Position numbers and translations under genes: made by a program
Part shown: piece after piece, positions 60,132 to 64,000 of the stretch
Position numbering within the stretch: the first letter of the stretch is position 1
Layout: the number at the start of each line of letters is the position of its first letter
Notes under the pieces: generated by a model
What the model was told of the DNA's origin: nothing
The model's database searches: none
Seen by the model: the letters and a program-made list of their open reading frames with translations, nothing else
Source: an uncultured delta proteobacterium
GTDB taxonomy: Bacteria; Myxococcota_A; Polyangia; Polyangiales; Polyangiaceae
DNA length: 64,000 nucleotides
Direction of reading: 5' to 3'
Assembly (NCBI GenBank): GCA_963841435.1
Contig: CAWJCS010000003.1
Coordinates: 704,001 to 768,000 of the forward strand

Positions 60132-61869
60132 ATGCTCCGCGTCCCCTCGCTTCGCTTCGCGCTCACAACTTTGACCACCCTCGGCGTCATCGCGGGCTGC
60201 GCCGCACAGGGCGACGACACGGCCGTGCCGAACCTCGTGCCAGGCACGGGCGGCAGCGCTGGCACGGTCAGCGGCGCAAGTGGCACGAGCGGCCTCGCGG
60301 GCAGCGTGGGCGGGGCGGCATCCGGTATGGGCGGCACGTTCGGTGCTGGAGGCTCGGGCGCCACGGCCACGGGCGGTACGTTCAGCGGCGGCAGCGCAGG
60401 CGTGTCGGGGCTCGGCGGTGCGGCGGGCGCGAGCGGGGGCCTGGCCGGCGTGGGGGCGGCCGGGTTCGGTGCCGGCGGCGCCATCGGTGCGGGCATGGGC
60501 GGCGCGGCGGGTGCGGGCGCAGGCGGCGCAGGTGCGGGCGGCGCGGGTGCGGGTGGCACGGGCGGCGGCACGCCGGGCAACTGCACGTTCACGGCGACGT
60601 CGCAGACCGCGGACAAGGCGGGCAACGGCGGCGTCCCGACGGTCGGCATCGTCAGCTGGTCGGTCGATTCTCACGGGCCTCACGAGCGCCAACATCGAGT
60701 TCGGGCTTCCGGGCGGCACCATGATGACGGCCCCTGTCGATCCGGCGGGCGGCCCGAATTTCAAGACGCTGTTGCTCGGCATGAAGGGATCGAAGACCTA
60801 CACGTTCCACATCAACGCGAGCAACGGCACCACGAGCTGCACGAGCACGGACTACATGATCATGACCGGCGCCGTGCCGAACAGCGTGCCGCGCATCACG
60901 CGCACGGCGGGCCCCGCGGCAGCGTCCCAGGCCAAGGGCTTCATCGTTGCGAGCACGGGCCTCGCGATGGGCTCGTCGATGGTGTTCATCCTCGATTCGG
61001 ACGCTGATCCGGTGTGGTGGACCACGGCGCCGACGCAGTGTAGCCGCGCCAAGATGAGCTACGACGGCCAGTACATGTGGATGATGTCGCTCAACGTGCA
61101 GAACGGGCAGGCCAACGGCGGCGGCGTTGACCGCGTGTCGATGGATGGCCTCACGCGAAACAGCAAGGTCAACGGGTTCTCGAACTGCCACCACGACCTC
61201 ACCGTGCTGCCCAACGGGAAGATCGCGTGCCCGTCGTGGATCCAGCAGAGCGGGGATCAGCCGAGCGACATCATCGAGGGGGACACGACCGGCACGACGA
61301 AGGTCGCGCGCCTCGATGCGACCGTGTATCCGGGCGGCAACAGCGCGTTCGGCGGGTCGAACACGTACCACGCCAACGCCATTCACTATCACCAGAAGGA
61401 CGACACGTTCACCGTCGGTGACCGCAATCCGAACCTGTTCGTGAAGGTGAGCCACACGGGTCAGGTGCTGTGGCAGTTCGGCGGGAGCTGCAGCGGGGTT
61501 GCCGCTCCGAAGTGCGTCGGCGGCAACTGGCAGGTGAACCACGGCCACGACTTTTCGGACGACGGCAGCGGGACGTTCCTGTTTTTCAACAATGCGACGA
61601 GCGGCGCCTCCACCGTCTACAAGTACACGATCAACGAAACCGGCACGTTTGCCGCCAATATGGTGTGGTCGTACAAGCCCGGCACGTCGAGCAACGTGCT
61701 CGGTGACGTCCAGGCGTTGCCGAACGGCAACACTCTGATCACGTTCTCGGTCGCAGCCCTGATCCACGAGATCGATCCGCAGCAAGCGTTGGTGCAATCG
61801 ATCAGCGGCGGCGCGGGCGGATATGCCGAGTGGCGCGAGACGCTGTACGGGCCGCCGCCGCGCTTCTGA
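60132..61869 (+). CDS. ASST-like beta-propeller lipoprotein with Gly tether and Fn3-like domain; frameshift near 60668
   Basis: Lipobox IAGC; HHDL, YHANAIHY, VLWQFGG, NHGHD, GDVQALPNGNTLIT. Confidence 0.8.
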
Positions 61870-61991
61870 TCCGGCTGGTCACCCAGCAAGTTCACTGCTA
61901 GCTTTTGCGGGCGGTGAGCGGCACGCCCAGCCTGTCTTCGACGCGCCCTCACGCGCCGCTTCGCATCTGCCACAGGAGCTCGACGACACCC

Positions 61992-63218
61992 ATGAACGCT
62001 AAAATCCTCTTGGCCTTTTTGCCTGCGCTGCTGCTCGGCTGCAGCGGCGGCGACGACGATGCGAGCTCGAGCAGCGGCGGCGGGGCGGGCACCTCCGGCA
62101 CGGGAGCCGTCTCTGGGACGGGCGGCGGCGCGGGAACCGGCGGCGGCGCCGGGACGGGCGGTAGCAGCGGGTCGGGCGCCGGTAGCGGCGGGGCAAGCGG
62201 CGCGGGCGCGGGCGCGGGCGGCACTGGTCAGTGCGGCTCCACGACGCTGACGCTGTCCGAGGCCAACAACTACAGCTTCTCCAGCGACATCCAGCTCACG
62301 GCCGCGAAGGTCAAGCCGAACGCCGAGCTGATGTTCGATTGGTCGGGCCTCACGACGGATTTCTTGGGACGCGACATCAGCGCGACGGGGGACATCGACT
62401 CGGTGCTGCTGGTCGTGTTCAACGTGACGGTTGACGAGCTCGCGCAGCACATCAACGCCGACGACAACTCGCTCCAGCAGCTGCAGATGGGCGCGCTGCA
62501 GCTCGTGACGAACAACACGATCACGAGCTCGAGCCTCTACGATTTCGGTGTCCCCGGCGTGCCGGAGAACACCTACCGCACGTCGCCCGACGTGAAGACG
62601 ACCGTCAACGAGTATCTCGATCCGGCCATCAGCGATCCCGCGACCCACACGATCCTCATCATGCCCGCCTCGGGCCTCGTGCCGGGCGCCGGCAACCGTA
62701 TGATCCAGCCCCTGGTTCTCGGCGAGGATTCCGACCCGACCGACATCACGATCGGCGCGAGCACGCGGCTCCCGCCGGGCACCGGCGGCCACACGGGCGG
62801 CGCCATGGGCACGTCGGCGTCCGTCACGTTCGACGTGAATCTGACGTCGGTGGTGCCGGTCATGGTGCCCGCGTCGCAGCCGGCCATCACCATCGACTGG
62901 ACCCAGCTCGCAACCAACGGGCTCGGCCACCCCTGGCAGACGCGTTCGATCTACCTTGCCTTGGTGGGCCACTACTCGAAGACGCTCACCGAGCTGCAGG
63001 ACGACTTTTTGAACCTGCAGGAGCTCGCCGACGAGCTCTACAGCGGCGACGTTCCGTCGGACGAGCCGTTCGACTTGAGCACGCTCATGACGGACACGGG
63101 GCAAGCGTTCCCGGGCGTCGACTCGAGCGGCACCTGGATCATGGCGCTGTTCTGCGACCCGCGTTACTGCGGTAACCCCGCGCCCTGGTACCTCACCGTC
63201 CTCACGCCGTGTAACTGA
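61992..63218 (+). CDS. Lipoprotein with Gly tether, unknown function
   Basis: Lipobox LLGC; NNYSF; C-terminal CDPRYCGNPAPWYLTVLTPC. Confidence 0.75.
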   Translation: MNAKILLAFLPALLLGCSGGDDDASSSSGGGAGTSGTGAVSGTGGGAGTGGGAGTGGSSGSGAGSGGASGAGAGAGGTGQCGSTTLTLSEANNYSFSSDIQLTAAKVKPNAELMFDWSGLTTDFLGRDISATGDIDSVLLVVFNVTVDELAQHINADDNSLQQLQMGALQLVTNNTITSSSLYDFGVPGVPENTYRTSPDVKTTVNEYLDPAISDPATHTILIMPASGLVPGAGNRMIQPLVLGEDSDPTDITIGASTRLPPGTGGHTGGAMGTSASVTFDVNLTSVVPVMVPASQPAITIDWTQLATNGLGHPWQTRSIYLALVGHYSKTLTELQDDFLNLQELADELYSGDVPSDEPFDLSTLMTDTGQAFPGVDSSGTWIMALFCDPRYCGNPAPWYLTVLTPCN

Positions 63219-63228
63219 GCGCGCGGGG

Positions 63229-63951
63229 TCAGGTGGCGTCGGGCTTGCCGCAACGCGTGCTGCCCGGCTCTGCGAGGCAGCGCGTGCCCTTCTTGCACGT
63301 CTCGTCAGCCACGAATTGGCCGGCCGAGCAGCGCACGATGGCCGTGCCGCTCTCCGTGCAGGCGAAGCTGCCGTCAGAGCGGGGGTCGCAGGCGTCGCCC
63401 AGGCGCGCGACCGAGGTGTCGCAGTCGATCTTGCCGGCCTCGACGCTGCAGCCGCGCTCGCCTCGGCAGTCGTAACTCTTGTCGAGCTTGCCGTCGGCGC
63501 AGGCGAGCACTTCCTTGCCGCTCACCGAGCAAGCGTTCTTGCCCGCTGCGGCGCAAGCATCGCCCGGCTTCGCGACGGAAGCGTCGCACTGGGTATGCCC
63601 GGCTTCCTCGACGCAGCCGCCCTTGCCGCGGCAGGGAGACCGCACGTACTGGCCGCCGCGGCACGAAACGAGCGTCGTCGGGTCGGCGCAGACGGCGGCG
63701 CCCTCTTCGTCCTTCGAGCAGGCGTCGCCGTCCCGATTTTCGTGCACGTCGCACGCCGTCCCCTCGGGCTCGAGGCGGCAGCCGTTCTTGCCACGGCACG
63801 GCGACTCGATGAAGCGCCCGGCCTCACAGAGTAAAGCGCGCCCCGGATCGAGGCAGCGGGCCTCGCCCTTGTCGCACGAGCTACCAACGGCCGGCTTGCA
63901 AGCAGCGAAGGCGAGAGCCGCTCCGAGCGAAACCAAAAGCCGGGCCGTCAC
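63229..63951 (-). CDS. Cys-rich repeat lipoprotein
   Basis: Lipobox FAAC; repeated CRG..GC...CD...GDAC modules. Confidence 0.75.
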   Translation of the reverse strand: MTARLLVSLGAALAFAACKPAVGSSCDKGEARCLDPGRALLCEAGRFIESPCRGKNGCRLEPEGTACDVHENRDGDACSKDEEGAAVCADPTTLVSCRGGQYVRSPCRGKGGCVEEAGHTQCDASVAKPGDACAAAGKNACSVSGKEVLACADGKLDKSYDCRGERGCSVEAGKIDCDTSVARLGDACDPRSDGSFACTESGTAIVRCSAGQFVADETCKKGTRCLAEPGSTRCGKPDAT

Positions 63952-64000
63952 GGCCCGCGAGCATAGTCAGCTCCGGCGCCGGCGCCAAAGTCCCGCGAGT

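Overview
High-GC myxobacterial DNA, most like Polyangiaceae/Sorangiineae (MYXO-CTERM tails, Cys-rich DUF4215 repeats, Gly-rich lipoprotein tethers). An initiator tRNA-fMet gene (51116-51192, - strand) splits the window. To its right are mostly intact, core-like genes. To its left is an accessory region of more than 50 kb rich in secreted polysaccharide-degrading enzymes (GH11, 2x GH3, PL9, GH45, CE1-like, GH5, GH8, BNR propeller), hybrid kinases, a REC-EAL protein, an ECF sigma module and an intact single-ORF IS66 (16-bp TIRs, 8-bp TSD), with many short gene relics in between. The most unusual signals are: (i) a structured 136/137-bp repeat that re-creates the tRNA 3' end and sits behind both the intact tRNA and its displaced att copy; (ii) stacked integrative-element scars at this tRNA (serine- and probable tyrosine-recombinase relics); (iii) a GH3 with substituted catalytic motifs, translationally coupled to an ECF sigma/anti-sigma pair; (iv) four frameshifts all explained by GATCT->GATTCT, suggesting a modified-base footprint in the assembly; and (v) a leaderless HTH/P-loop gene with an operator-like palindrome. 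All family calls are by motif recognition only; no searches were run.
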